Shown: piece after piece, positions 7,749-17,028 of the stretch
How the letters are laid out: every line of letters starts with the position of its first letter
Position numbering within the stretch: the stretch's first letter is position 1
Assembly (NCBI GenBank): GCA_017625275.1
Contig: JAGALI010000241.1
Coordinates: 1 to 27,446 of the forward strand
From: Clostridia bacterium
Lineage (GTDB): Bacteria; Bacillota; Clostridia; Oscillospirales; CAG-272
Direction: 5' to 3'
DNA length: 27,446 bases
The notes under the pieces: model-generated
Told to the model about the DNA's origin: nothing
What the model saw: only the letters and a program-made list of their open reading frames with translations
The model's database searches: none
Made by a program: the position numbers and the translations under genes

Positions 7749-10700
7749 TTAGCCTACCTTGGAGATTACAACTGTACCAGCATCAGGAATTGCGTCGAAG
7801 TAAAGAACGCCATTCTTAACTGTACAAGCCATATCCTCAGCCATGTTAGGTGCATACTTATCGTTTTTAACAACAGGGATTGATACGCCATTTTGTGTTA
7901 CTGTTACATTTGTCCAACCACTTGGAAGATTAAACTCAAAGGTTAGAGGCTGTTGGAACATAACATCATCAAGTCCATCTGTAATTTCAACAGAAATTTG
8001 AGTGCTACCAACTGTCATGCTTGAAACGCTTGCAGCGTGTGCCTCTCTGAAGTAGAGGAGCGCCTCGTTGTAGGAGGATACCCAAACGCCAGTCTTAACA
8101 AAGTAGTCGAGCTTCTTTTCAAATACGCTCTTAGGAACGCTGAACTTATCGGTTAATACTGGTGTATCTGCTACATCAATTGTATGGATACAGTCAGCAG
8201 TCCAAAGTCCGTTCTTTACGATATGATCGATAGCGCCCTTATAGTCAACGCCCTCTCTTTCGCTTGCAGAAGCGCCAAAGGTTGTTGTTCTATAGGTGAT
8301 ATAAGATGGTAGGTTACCCCATTGCTCTCTTGTTGTGAGTGAATCAGGGTCACAATAGGTTCCTGCCTGACCACCACTACGTCCACCGAGCATAAGGTCG
8401 TTTACAAAGTTAGCTGTTCCTGCGCCTGTTGCACCGTTAGGTGTAGCAAAGCCGATTACTCTTTGACCTGGCACCCAGCTCATAAGAGTATAGAACGCAT
8501 CGTCAATCTCAGATCCCAATGTGATTTCATCCATATCTTCGCCTGTAAATGGTCCTGCGTGGAAGGATGAGTGAGAGCCGATGTCAAATGCACCAGATGC
8601 AACATACTTCTTCCAGTCTGTTACATAGCCACTTGAGTATTGAATTGTCAAAACAGCTGTTGCCTTCATATGACGCTTCGCAAGCTCTGGATATACCCAC
8701 TCATATGTGTCGATATAGTTACCATCGTCGAAGGTCATTGACCATGATGCAGGTGCATTATGGTAGTACTTTGTTACCTTTGGAACTGCAATGTAGCCAT
8801 CGCCTGTTCTGTATTCTGTAACATCTAGCTTTGTTGCACCACAGCCTGATGTACAGGAGTATTCATTAACCTTATTGTTGTTAAGGTCTGTATCAGCTAC
8901 AGCCTGACCCCACTTGTGGCCGTTTGCTTCAATAGCATCTGTCTTCCATCTCTTGTCACACATCATACACTCATAAACAGTGTAGCCTGCGCTTGTACAG
9001 GTAGGAGCAACTATCTCCACAGGCTCTGCCTTTGTGTACTTGTGAGGACAAGACTCATTTTCTGGAAGTGTCTGTGCAATTTCAGCAACAGTATAAGGAA
9101 TTACATCATTTACATACGCACCAAAGCGCGCTGTTTCTCTTGTTACCTCAAGACGGAATGCTGTAAGGTATTCACCAATATCAACTGTAAACTTAGCATA
9201 AGGAGCAGATACATCGCCTACCTCAAGACGCTTGAGCTCAACCCAGTATCCACCATCCGCCTCGTTTGTATCCTCAACCCACTTTTGGAGAGACATTTCT
9301 CTTCCCCTTGTACTATCGCAGGAAATCTGGATATACGCTATGAATTGTGGAGTTGGGAATGTGAAGGAGGCATAAACCTTCCTTCTATTTGTTAGCTTAA
9401 TATCATTATAGTCTTTATTTGTACCACTTTCATTAATAGTAACACCTGTGATGTAGTGGTGGTCTCTATCCTCGTCAGCGCCATAGTTATCAACCTCTAC
9501 ACGAACAACGGAAACGCCATCAAGGGCTGATGTTTGCTCCTTACCCTCGCTATCCTTCCATTTAGGTGTGAAGGTATATGTGCCTGTGTCGCCTTCCTTT
9601 ACGGTATACTTACCGAAGCTAATCCATTCGGTTTTTGTATCCCAAATATCGTTACCATTCTCGTCCTTTGCAGGCTCCTTGAGTGGTTTTCCCTCTGGGT
9701 CAAGAAGGGTTTCCCATATTTCGTTACCATTTTCGTCAAGAAGTGGGTTTCCTTGCTCGTCGGTTAGCTTAACCTTTTGGTTTTGCATTCTCTGCTCATT
9801 CCATGAGCGACATGCCCAAACCTCAATGGTCTCGCCAACGATAACCTTACTTGCCTTTACAACCACATTGCCAATTGACTTGGTTGGGTCAACATTATTT
9901 TGATTATCCTTTACGCCGTATTCAACCATCCAGTTGGTAATATCCTCAAGATACTTGTTACTGTTGTATACAGGATTTTCCCACCATACACGGGCGTCAG
10001 TACACCATGAAGTAACTGTTTTGTTATCAAGAAGGTTTGCAGCGCTGGAATCAACCCATGCGTTATATGAACCAGTAATAAAGCCTGTTGCCAAAGGTCC
10101 AATAGACTGTGGTCTTCTAAGAACCTGATCGTTTCCGAGGTAAGCATATGCTGCAACCTCACAAATCATTGCAGGAGTATAACGACCTGCGTGAGTTACT
10201 GTGAATCTAATTTTACTTGTTGTCTTTGGCTCAGTAAGAGCAAGTGATACTGTTACCTTTTGTGACTTAGGGTCTCTGTTGTCAGCGTCAGAGATTTCTC
10301 CAACCTTAACCCATGCGTCATCAACAAACATTTCTACATCATATTTTACATAGCAATCATCGCCAAGCGCCCAGCCGTAATAGTTAGGAAGAACAAGCTC
10401 AACTGTCTTAAATTCATAAGCAGTCAAGAATTCAACCGTTAGCTGGTCACCTGTGTAGCTTGTGCCGTCAACAAGTGTGTCTGCTCTCCAATAGGTAGCA
10501 GGTGCGCCATCAAGCACATTAGATGCAAGTGTAAGTCTATAAAGAGATGTTGCATAGGCTGTTGCAGTAGAAGCAACATTTACATACTTCTTGTCACCGT
10601 GTGAAACGGTTTTGATGTCAAGAGTGTCGTAGAGTGCTACATTCTTAGGCTCAACCACGTCAACTTTACCCTCAACACAGCCGACTGTCATGCAAGCCTG

Positions 10701-11378
10701 TCTCTTTTCGCCGTATGCATAATCTGTTGGCTCAAGTGTAACATACCAGTCTGTGTATACATGCTCACCCGTTGCCAATGCATTTGGGTCAATCTCCTCA
10801 ACCCTGTAGTCACAGTCCTCTCTCTTACACTTTGTTATAATTTTTCCATTCTGGTAGCAGGTTGGTTCCTTGTTTGTTGTCTTAAGGTCGTGTCCCTGCG
10901 CCTCTTGAATAAGAGTTGTTATAATTCTACCCTGTTCGTTATTACATTGTGGATTACGACATTGCTTAACGAGCATATGGTTGGTTGTACAGCTAAGAGG
11001 TGTATAACCTATTGTTTTGTATCCTGCTGAGTGAGCACATGGTGGCTCCGGACTCCATTTTGCAACTAGCACAAGGTCACCTGTAACCTTCTTTGCAGAG
11101 GTGTACTTGGTTGTAAACTCTGTGTCGTCCTCGGCATACCAGCCTTCAAAAATAAAGCCCTTTCTATAAGGTGTTGGAAGCTCACCTATCTTCTGATTGT
11201 ATTCAACCTCTCTGCCCTCAAGCTCAGGCGCGCCCTCATAGTTAAGATTGAAGGTTACCTCGAAAAACTCACCCTCAAGGTTTTCTGATGGTTCTTCCTC
11301 TTCATCACCACCACAGGCAACAAGCATAAAGGTCAAGCACAGAAGCAAAGCAAGAATTGCTAAAAGTCTTTTTTTCAT
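7749..11378 (-). CDS. 1209-aa modular lipoprotein: InlB B-repeat (Flg_new-like), Cys/His repeats, discoidin/CBM32-like domains, C-terminal polysaccharide deacetylase (CE4/NodB-like)
   Basis: Lipobox LVA|C22; VTFNLN...PTPYRKGFIFEGWY (B-repeat); H..PTC..G..C..C repeats; ASNVLDG...YW and AANLLDNKTVTSW (discoidin-like); TFDDG (D884/D885) and HSSFH (H936/H940) deacetylase metal motifs. Confidence 0.8.
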   Translation of the reverse strand: MKKRLLAILALLLCLTFMLVACGGDEEEEPSENLEGEFFEVTFNLNYEGAPELEGREVEYNQKIGELPTPYRKGFIFEGWYAEDDTEFTTKYTSAKKVTGDLVLVAKWSPEPPCAHSAGYKTIGYTPLSCTTNHMLVKQCRNPQCNNEQGRIITTLIQEAQGHDLKTTNKEPTCYQNGKIITKCKREDCDYRVEEIDPNALATGEHVYTDWYVTLEPTDYAYGEKRQACMTVGCVEGKVDVVEPKNVALYDTLDIKTVSHGDKKYVNVASTATAYATSLYRLTLASNVLDGAPATYWRADTLVDGTSYTGDQLTVEFLTAYEFKTVELVLPNYYGWALGDDCYVKYDVEMFVDDAWVKVGEISDADNRDPKSQKVTVSLALTEPKTTSKIRFTVTHAGRYTPAMICEVAAYAYLGNDQVLRRPQSIGPLATGFITGSYNAWVDSSAANLLDNKTVTSWCTDARVWWENPVYNSNKYLEDITNWMVEYGVKDNQNNVDPTKSIGNVVVKASKVIVGETIEVWACRSWNEQRMQNQKVKLTDEQGNPLLDENGNEIWETLLDPEGKPLKEPAKDENGNDIWDTKTEWISFGKYTVKEGDTGTYTFTPKWKDSEGKEQTSALDGVSVVRVEVDNYGADEDRDHHYITGVTINESGTNKDYNDIKLTNRRKVYASFTFPTPQFIAYIQISCDSTRGREMSLQKWVEDTNEADGGYWVELKRLEVGDVSAPYAKFTVDIGEYLTAFRLEVTRETARFGAYVNDVIPYTVAEIAQTLPENESCPHKYTKAEPVEIVAPTCTSAGYTVYECMMCDKRWKTDAIEANGHKWGQAVADTDLNNNKVNEYSCTSGCGATKLDVTEYRTGDGYIAVPKVTKYYHNAPASWSMTFDDGNYIDTYEWVYPELAKRHMKATAVLTIQYSSGYVTDWKKYVASGAFDIGSHSSFHAGPFTGEDMDEITLGSEIDDAFYTLMSWVPGQRVIGFATPNGATGAGTANFVNDLMLGGRSGGQAGTYCDPDSLTTREQWGNLPSYITYRTTTFGASASEREGVDYKGAIDHIVKNGLWTADCIHTIDVADTPVLTDKFSVPKSVFEKKLDYFVKTGVWVSSYNEALLYFREAHAASVSSMTVGSTQISVEITDGLDDVMFQQPLTFEFNLPSGWTNVTVTQNGVSIPVVKNDKYAPNMAEDMACTVKNGVLYFDAIPDAGTVVISKVG

Positions 11379-11447
11379 AATTTTGCCTCGTTTTAGTGTT
11401 CTACACTAATTTTCTCGAATGATTTTTTGTGAATGTATTAAGTGCTT

Positions 11448-11475
11448 GTAAGCCCCCTCAAGCGAGGAGGCTTAC
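11448..11475. other. Intergenic stem-loop between the two lipoprotein genes (no U-tract on the coding strand)
   Basis: GTAAGCC-C-CCTC-AAGC-GAGG-A-GGCTTAC; more like an mRNA-stabilising or partial-termination hairpin than a strong terminator. Confidence 0.5.
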
Positions 11476-11487
11476 CATTAATCAAAA

Positions 11488-12600
11488 TTATTCCTCTTCA
11501 GGGATTTGAGCTACAGCTACCTCATAGAAATAGTCAGTACCATAAGCTCCTGCAAGGATGTCAACCTTTATACCCATAATAGCCTTATCGATATTTGAAA
11601 GGTCGATGCAGTGTCCGTTCTCTCTGCCCCATTCGCCAGTTGCAAAATAACCAGAACGAATTGGCTCTTCCTCGTAGTCAGTTGCGCCAGAGTAAAGCAA
11701 GCGAACCTCATAGCCGTCAATTACAGGCTTACCAGAGCCGTTACCCTTACCCTCAACGCTGAATACGATTTGGTCAACGTCTGTTGCGTTCTCAAATGAG
11801 AAGGTTACGCTCCAAGCAGAGCCGTTAGAGCTTGACAAGCATGGGTCTCCACCCTCTTGAGTAGAACGACCGTCGCCCCATTTACCATCAATCAATACAT
11901 CAGCCTTAAGTCCACCATAGAAGCCACCAGTTGTAGTTACAGTTGACTTACCTGTAATATCGGTAAATGTCTCAAGCTCAACCTCTGTACAGCCCTCTCT
12001 TAGACAAGCTCTCTTCTTTGCAAGAGGAATTACAGTCCAGCCCTCTTGGTCAAGAGCGCCGTCCTCTGCCCACTTGTGGCCAAGTGCCTTGTTTGCTGGA
12101 AGTGTTGAGTAAAGTGGGTCAATTTCTGTGTATCCACATGCTGAGCACTTCATTGTCTGTGTACCTGCCGCATCGCAGGTTGGGGTTGTGTATTCATAAG
12201 CGTATTGGTGCAAGCCCTGAGCACAGTTTGCTGAGTTACCACCACTGGAATCTCCACCCTCTGTCTTAGCAACAAAAAGTGCATAATATGTAGCATCCTC
12301 TGTTGGCTTTGTTGTCTTCTTTAGCTTTGTTGTGCTATCCTCAACATCCTCATACCAGCCCTTGAAGGTATAGCCCTCAAGCTTTGGTGCTGGCAAATCA
12401 CCAATCTTTTCACCGGCCTCAACTTCCATTTCCTCGTCGAAGTCCTCGTCCCATTCAACACCCTCATATTCACTATAATCGAAGGTGATGAGTACAGTTC
12501 CTCCGCCTTCTTCCTCGTCCTTACCACAGGCAACGACGCCACCGAAGATGAAAACAAGCGCAAGAAGCATGCACATCAAAATTCTTACTGTGTTTTTCAT
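11488..12600 (-). CDS. 370-aa lipoprotein: InlB B-repeat, Cys/His repeats, C-terminal discoidin-like beta domain
   Basis: Lipobox VVA|C25 followed by GKDEEE; PAPKLEGYTFKGWY; HQY..PTCDAAG..KCSACG and GHKW..ACLREGC; ADVLIDGKW..WSVTFSF..VDQIVF..EVAV; RBS AAGGAG. Confidence 0.75.
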   Translation of the reverse strand: MKNTVRILMCMLLALVFIFGGVVACGKDEEEGGGTVLITFDYSEYEGVEWDEDFDEEMEVEAGEKIGDLPAPKLEGYTFKGWYEDVEDSTTKLKKTTKPTEDATYYALFVAKTEGGDSSGGNSANCAQGLHQYAYEYTTPTCDAAGTQTMKCSACGYTEIDPLYSTLPANKALGHKWAEDGALDQEGWTVIPLAKKRACLREGCTEVELETFTDITGKSTVTTTGGFYGGLKADVLIDGKWGDGRSTQEGGDPCLSSSNGSAWSVTFSFENATDVDQIVFSVEGKGNGSGKPVIDGYEVRLLYSGATDYEEEPIRSGYFATGEWGRENGHCIDLSNIDKAIMGIKVDILAGAYGTDYFYEVAVAQIPEEE

Positions 12601-12667
12601 TTCTAAAAACTCCTTATTAATTCTATCTGCAAAATGTTTATGCAGAATTTATTTTTATTGCTCTTTT

Positions 12668-12696
12668 ATTATATACCCGAAAATAGAAAAAGTCAA
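12668..12696 (-). promoter_or_regulatory. sigma70/sigmaA promoter of the lipoprotein pair
   Basis: Minus strand TTGACT-17 bp-TATAAT. Confidence 0.75.
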
Positions 12697-12849
12697 CAGA
12701 GAACGGCCCCCACTGTCGTTTTTTGTAGGGTTGCACAAAAAATTAAATAAATCGAAGGCTCGAAAATCCAAAAATTTGTGCATTTTGCCGATTATCTGTC
12801 GACTCTTTCTGTTGTTCTAAAAAATCAAATTTTAGTAAAAATTTGTGAT

Positions 12850-15294
12850 TTATTCTACCTTATAGCCAGCCTCAGCTATCGTGCTTTTTATGGTGGAGAT
12901 GTCTGCCGGAGCATCGAATTTCACCTTAACAAGACCCTTTTTATGGCTTGGGCTTGCCTTCTCAACTCCCTCGATTTTTTCAAGAGCCTCTTTAACTCTT
13001 GCCTCACAATGTGGACACATCATTCCACTTACCTTGATTACTGTTACCATATCATCCTCCTCTGTATCTGTTGGCTCGCTTGAGCCCTTTAATGCCTTAA
13101 AGAAATTCAGTCTTAATGCGTTTGTAACCACGCAAACGCTTGATAGGCTCATTGCAAGCGCGCCAAGCATTGGACTAAGAGTCAAGCCGACTCCAGCCAG
13201 CGCACCTGCTGCTATCGGTATTGCTATTACATTATAGAAAAATGCCCAAAATAGATTTTCCTTGACATTTTTAAGCGTAGCTCTTCCAAGCCTTATAGCG
13301 TTACAAACGCTTATAAGGTCGCTTTTCATAACGACAACCTCTGCTGTATCTATTGCCACATCTGTTCCTGCGCCTATTGCAATTCCAACACTAGCCTCTG
13401 CCAGTGCAGGAGCGTCGTTTACTCCGTCGCCAACCATAATAGTCTTGCCATGTACGCCAAGCGCTTTAATCTCGCTCTGCTTTTCGTTCGGTAAAACTCC
13501 AGCGATTACCTCATCAATTCCAACCTCGCCTGCTACTGCACGCGCTGTGTGCTCGTTATCGCCTGTTATCATTACCACCCTTAAGCCATTTGACTTAAGC
13601 CAAGCGACTGCCTCCTTGCTTGATGGCTTTATCGTGTCGGAGATTGCTATAATTCCCACAAACGCTCCATTTTTCGCAAAATACAGAGGTGTTTTGCCCT
13701 GCTCTGCAAGGGAGCTTGCCATTTTCAAGGCGTCGTCTGGAATACCTGCATGCTTGGCTATAAAATCAGCCTTGCCACCAAGGGCAATTTCTTCCTTTAT
13801 TATCGCACGCACGCCTTCGCCTGCATGCGCTTTGAAATCCAAGCCCTCAATATATTCGCTTTCTCTTTCCTTGGCATATTTAACTATTGCCCTGCCTAAT
13901 GGATGCTCGCTCTTCTCCTCAAGGGAATATGCAAGGCACAAAAGCTCGTCCTCGCTTATTCCATAAGGAATTATATCGCTAACTCGCATTTCGCCAGAGG
14001 TCAGCGTTCCTGTTTTATCAAAAGCTACTATTTTGGCTCTGCCCGTTTCCTCAAGCGCCTGTGCGGTTTTGAAAAGGACTCCGTTTTTAGCTCCTACTCC
14101 ACTACCAACCATTATGGCAACTGGGGTTGCAAGCCCAAGCGCACACGGACAGCTTATTACAAGCACCGAAATTGCGCGACCTATTGCGTAGCCAACCCCC
14201 TCTCCAACGACAAGCCAAATTATCATTACCAAAACGGCAATTGTAATTATTGCAGGAACAAAAAATCCAGATACCTTATCTGCTATTTTAGCGATAGGTG
14301 CCTTGGTTGAGGTGGCATCTGCTACTGTTTTTATGATTTGAGAAATTGTTGTATCTGCGCCTGTGCGCTCTGCCCTGCATTTTATAAATCCAGAGGTGCA
14401 TATTGTAGAGGCACTAACCTCACCACCCTCTGCCTTATCAGCTGGCACGCTTTCTCCCGTTAGCGAGGACTCGTCAATGCTTGCCATGCCGTCGATTATT
14501 ATGCCATCGGCAGGAATGCTCTCTCCATTTCTTACGACGAATATATCCCCCTCGCAAAGCTCCCTAGCCTTGATGGTAATCTCCTCACCATCCTTTATGA
14601 TTGTTGCATATTTAGGGCTTAAATCCATAAGAGCCTTTAGTGCAGAGGTTGTCCTTCCCTTTGCCTTAGCCTCAAGAAGCTTACCTACCGTGATAAGCGT
14701 AACAATCATTCCTGCGCTTTCAAAATAGAGTCCGTGCAGATAGCCATGTGGGCTTTGTGAAAAAAGCATTTGAGCAAAAATGTATGTGCTATAAAGGAAC
14801 GACACGCCAGAGCCTAGGGCAACGAGTGTATCCATGTTGGGCGAGCGATTTATTATCGCCTTAGCTCCACTTATAAAGAATTTTCGGTTTATCACCATGA
14901 CGATAAGCGCTAGGATAAGCTCCAAAAGTGCAATTGTTATAGGGTCCGACAGAAACGACGGAAGTGGCCACGACCACATAACGTGTCCCATTGAAAGGTA
15001 CATAAGCGCCAAAAGGAAGCCGATTGACCAAATAAGGCGCTTTATTAAAGCAGGGCTTTCCTTATCAGCAAAGCGCTCATCGGTGGCGGTTACATCCTCT
15101 GCCCTTATCGCGCCATAGCCTGCGCCCTTGACTGCTGATATTATTACCTCGTCGTCTATTATTCCCTCAACAAGCATCGAATTTGTAAGCAGGCTTACAG
15201 AGCATTTTTGAACGCCATCAACGCCTGTCACAGCCTTTTCAACGCGCGAGACACAGGCGCTACAGCTCATTCCTGTTATGTCAAATCTTTTCAT
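12850..15294 (-). CDS. copA: Copper-exporting P1B-1 type ATPase with N- and C-terminal HMA domains
   Basis: GMSCSAC (N-terminal HMA), TGES, CPCALGLATP, DKTGTLT, SEHPL, GDGVNDAP, YN and MSLSS Cu(I) ligands, C-terminal GMMCPHC HMA; RBS AGGAGG. Confidence 0.93.
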   Translation of the reverse strand: MKRFDITGMSCSACVSRVEKAVTGVDGVQKCSVSLLTNSMLVEGIIDDEVIISAVKGAGYGAIRAEDVTATDERFADKESPALIKRLIWSIGFLLALMYLSMGHVMWSWPLPSFLSDPITIALLELILALIVMVINRKFFISGAKAIINRSPNMDTLVALGSGVSFLYSTYIFAQMLFSQSPHGYLHGLYFESAGMIVTLITVGKLLEAKAKGRTTSALKALMDLSPKYATIIKDGEEITIKARELCEGDIFVVRNGESIPADGIIIDGMASIDESSLTGESVPADKAEGGEVSASTICTSGFIKCRAERTGADTTISQIIKTVADATSTKAPIAKIADKVSGFFVPAIITIAVLVMIIWLVVGEGVGYAIGRAISVLVISCPCALGLATPVAIMVGSGVGAKNGVLFKTAQALEETGRAKIVAFDKTGTLTSGEMRVSDIIPYGISEDELLCLAYSLEEKSEHPLGRAIVKYAKERESEYIEGLDFKAHAGEGVRAIIKEEIALGGKADFIAKHAGIPDDALKMASSLAEQGKTPLYFAKNGAFVGIIAISDTIKPSSKEAVAWLKSNGLRVVMITGDNEHTARAVAGEVGIDEVIAGVLPNEKQSEIKALGVHGKTIMVGDGVNDAPALAEASVGIAIGAGTDVAIDTAEVVVMKSDLISVCNAIRLGRATLKNVKENLFWAFFYNVIAIPIAAGALAGVGLTLSPMLGALAMSLSSVCVVTNALRLNFFKALKGSSEPTDTEEDDMVTVIKVSGMMCPHCEARVKEALEKIEGVEKASPSHKKGLVKVKFDAPADISTIKSTIAEAGYKVE

Positions 15295-15344
15295 ATGCTC
15301 TCCCTCCTAGCTTATTTAAGTTAGCATAAACTAACCATGCTTAT

Positions 15345-15373
15345 ATATTAGCACTATTTTTTCAAAAAGTCAA
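15345..15373 (-). promoter_or_regulatory. copA promoter
   Basis: Minus strand TTGACT-17 bp-TAATAT with extended -10 TG. Confidence 0.65.
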
Positions 15374-15374
15374 C

Positions 15375-15401
15375 AAAAGAGCCCAAAATTCAGGCTCTTT
15401 T
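15375..15401. terminator. Intrinsic terminator after mntP
   Basis: AAAAGAGCC-CAAAATTCA-GGCTCTTTT just past the mntP stop. Confidence 0.75.
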
Positions 15402-15405
15402 ATCA

Positions 15406-15987
15406 TTAAATCATTCCAGTTATAAAAATTTCTATTCCTATGAGAATTAAGATAACCCCACCGACTATACTAGCCTTATTTGAGAATTTACAGCCAACCC
15501 TCTCGCCGATATGAACACCTGTAAAGCAAAGGGCAAAGGTGATTGTGGCAATTATGAGCGCACAGATTATAGCTGGCAAAAGCTCATATTCTGCAATGGT
15601 AAAGCCTACAGAAAGTGCGTCTATTGAGGTGGCAATTCCCTGCACTAAAAGGGTGGCAAGGGTCAGCCTTTGCACGCGCTCACACTCACATTTTGCGCGA
15701 ATGCCCTCGTATAGCATCTTTCCACCTATGTAGCAAAGCAGGGCAAGCGCTATCCAGGGAATAAATTTTTCAAACGCCTTGAATTTTTGAACAAGCGTAT
15801 GAACTAATATCCAGCCGACAAGAGGCATCAGCGCTTGAAAAAAAGCGAACACGCCAGCAATTCCTATTGCCTTTTTAGTGCTCATTTTAGGCTCACTAAT
15901 TCCATCTGCAATCGAAACGGAAAACGCATCCATAGCCAAGCCAACGCCAAGCCCTACGCTTGTTAAAGTAAATGCTAAATCTATCAT
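15406..15987 (-). CDS. mntP: Manganese efflux pump MntP family (DUF204/YebN)
   Basis: Duplicated motifs GLAMDAFSVSIADG and ATSIDALSVG; about six hydrophobic helices. Confidence 0.9.
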   Translation of the reverse strand: MIDLAFTLTSVGLGVGLAMDAFSVSIADGISEPKMSTKKAIGIAGVFAFFQALMPLVGWILVHTLVQKFKAFEKFIPWIALALLCYIGGKMLYEGIRAKCECERVQRLTLATLLVQGIATSIDALSVGFTIAEYELLPAIICALIIATITFALCFTGVHIGERVGCKFSNKASIVGGVILILIGIEIFITGMI

Positions 15988-15996
15988 TGTGCTTCC

Positions 15997-16995
15997 TTAT
16001 TTGTTTTTTGAATATAGGTAGTAAAGCTCGTGTGCATACTCCCTTACGCTATGAACAACTGTTGGTGGAGAGATTACCTGCATACGATTGCCAAACGAGC
16101 AGCACCAGGCAATAAAGGTAGGAGAAACCTGAACCTCTGCCTCGAAGCGGACCTTGTCATCGCGCTCCGTAAGCTTAATATCTCCAAATTTATCAAAGAT
16201 AACATCTGTAAGCGACGACTCTGCCTCAATTGTCACGCGTCTTGTTTCGCCTGTATACATTGAGAAGACCTGTCTATTATGCTTGCCGATATCAAAGCCC
16301 TCAATCTCAGCGCATGGGGTTATATCCTCATCAAGAACCCTAACCCTTTCCATTCTATCAACGCGATAGTGAGTCATTGTCTTGTGCTTATCATCGTAGC
16401 AAACAAGGTAGTATTTATCATCGGAAAAGATTGTGGCATAGGGGTTCACAACATAAACCTTCAGCTCTCCCCTTGTATCTCTTCTGTAAACGCGCTCATG
16501 CCCTGCGTCATAATTAAAATATGTAAATTCAATTTTTTTATTCTCAATTATTGCTGTCGATATTTCATTTACAGCATAATATATATGCTCGTTTGTGCTT
16601 TTTGTGTTATTAAAAGCAACTATATTTTGCTTTAGCACCTCTGCCCTACGGCTTCCTGCAAGATGTGCAATCTTATCGACTAAAACATCGGTTTTCTTCT
16701 CAGTTATAAAATCTGCTGCCTGCACGGCGTCCATAAGAATACGAAGCTCCGTCAAATCAAACGCGCCAACATCAACGCTATATTCATTTGACGCCCCACG
16801 AGAGCAGTCTATCTCGTAGCCATAATTGTTTAGTGTTTTTATATCGTCGTAAAGGGTGCGCCTATCGCAATCAATTCCCATATCCTTTAGTCTTTTTAAA
16901 ATTTCGGGTGTACCCATTGGATGCTCAGGGTCTGTCTCCTGAGAAAGTAGCTCCCAAAGCTTTAAAAGCTTTATTTTGTTTGTCCTTTCGCCCAT
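15997..16995 (-). CDS. WYL-domain transcriptional regulator (HTH-WYL-WCX)
   Basis: N-terminal winged helix (KLLKLWELL..TDPEHP..RRTLYDDIKTL), WYL core (VNPY..YYLVCYD..YRVDRM), C-terminal WCX-like region (WCCSFG..VISP). Confidence 0.9.
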   Translation of the reverse strand: MGERTNKIKLLKLWELLSQETDPEHPMGTPEILKRLKDMGIDCDRRTLYDDIKTLNNYGYEIDCSRGASNEYSVDVGAFDLTELRILMDAVQAADFITEKKTDVLVDKIAHLAGSRRAEVLKQNIVAFNNTKSTNEHIYYAVNEISTAIIENKKIEFTYFNYDAGHERVYRRDTRGELKVYVVNPYATIFSDDKYYLVCYDDKHKTMTHYRVDRMERVRVLDEDITPCAEIEGFDIGKHNRQVFSMYTGETRRVTIEAESSLTDVIFDKFGDIKLTERDDKVRFEAEVQVSPTFIAWCCSFGNRMQVISPPTVVHSVREYAHELYYLYSKNK

Positions 16996-17028
16996 AGTAG
17001 CCTTCTCCTTTTTTGTCTTGATGTCATT

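Noticed and set aside
12715-12785. CACAAAAAA/TTTGTG inverted repeats between copA and the lipoprotein promoter, similar to the 7250-7314 arms
   Set aside because: Short, imperfect and AT-rich; similar words occur at several places, so chance cannot be excluded by eye.
15988-15996. yybP-ykoY manganese riboswitch before mntP
   Set aside because: Only 9 bp separate mntP from the WYL gene; there is no room and no matching motif was seen.
15997-16995. WYL gene as marker of an anti-phage defence island
   Set aside because: Neighbours are metal, redox and central-metabolism genes; no nuclease, RM, BREX, CBASS or toxin genes are in the window.
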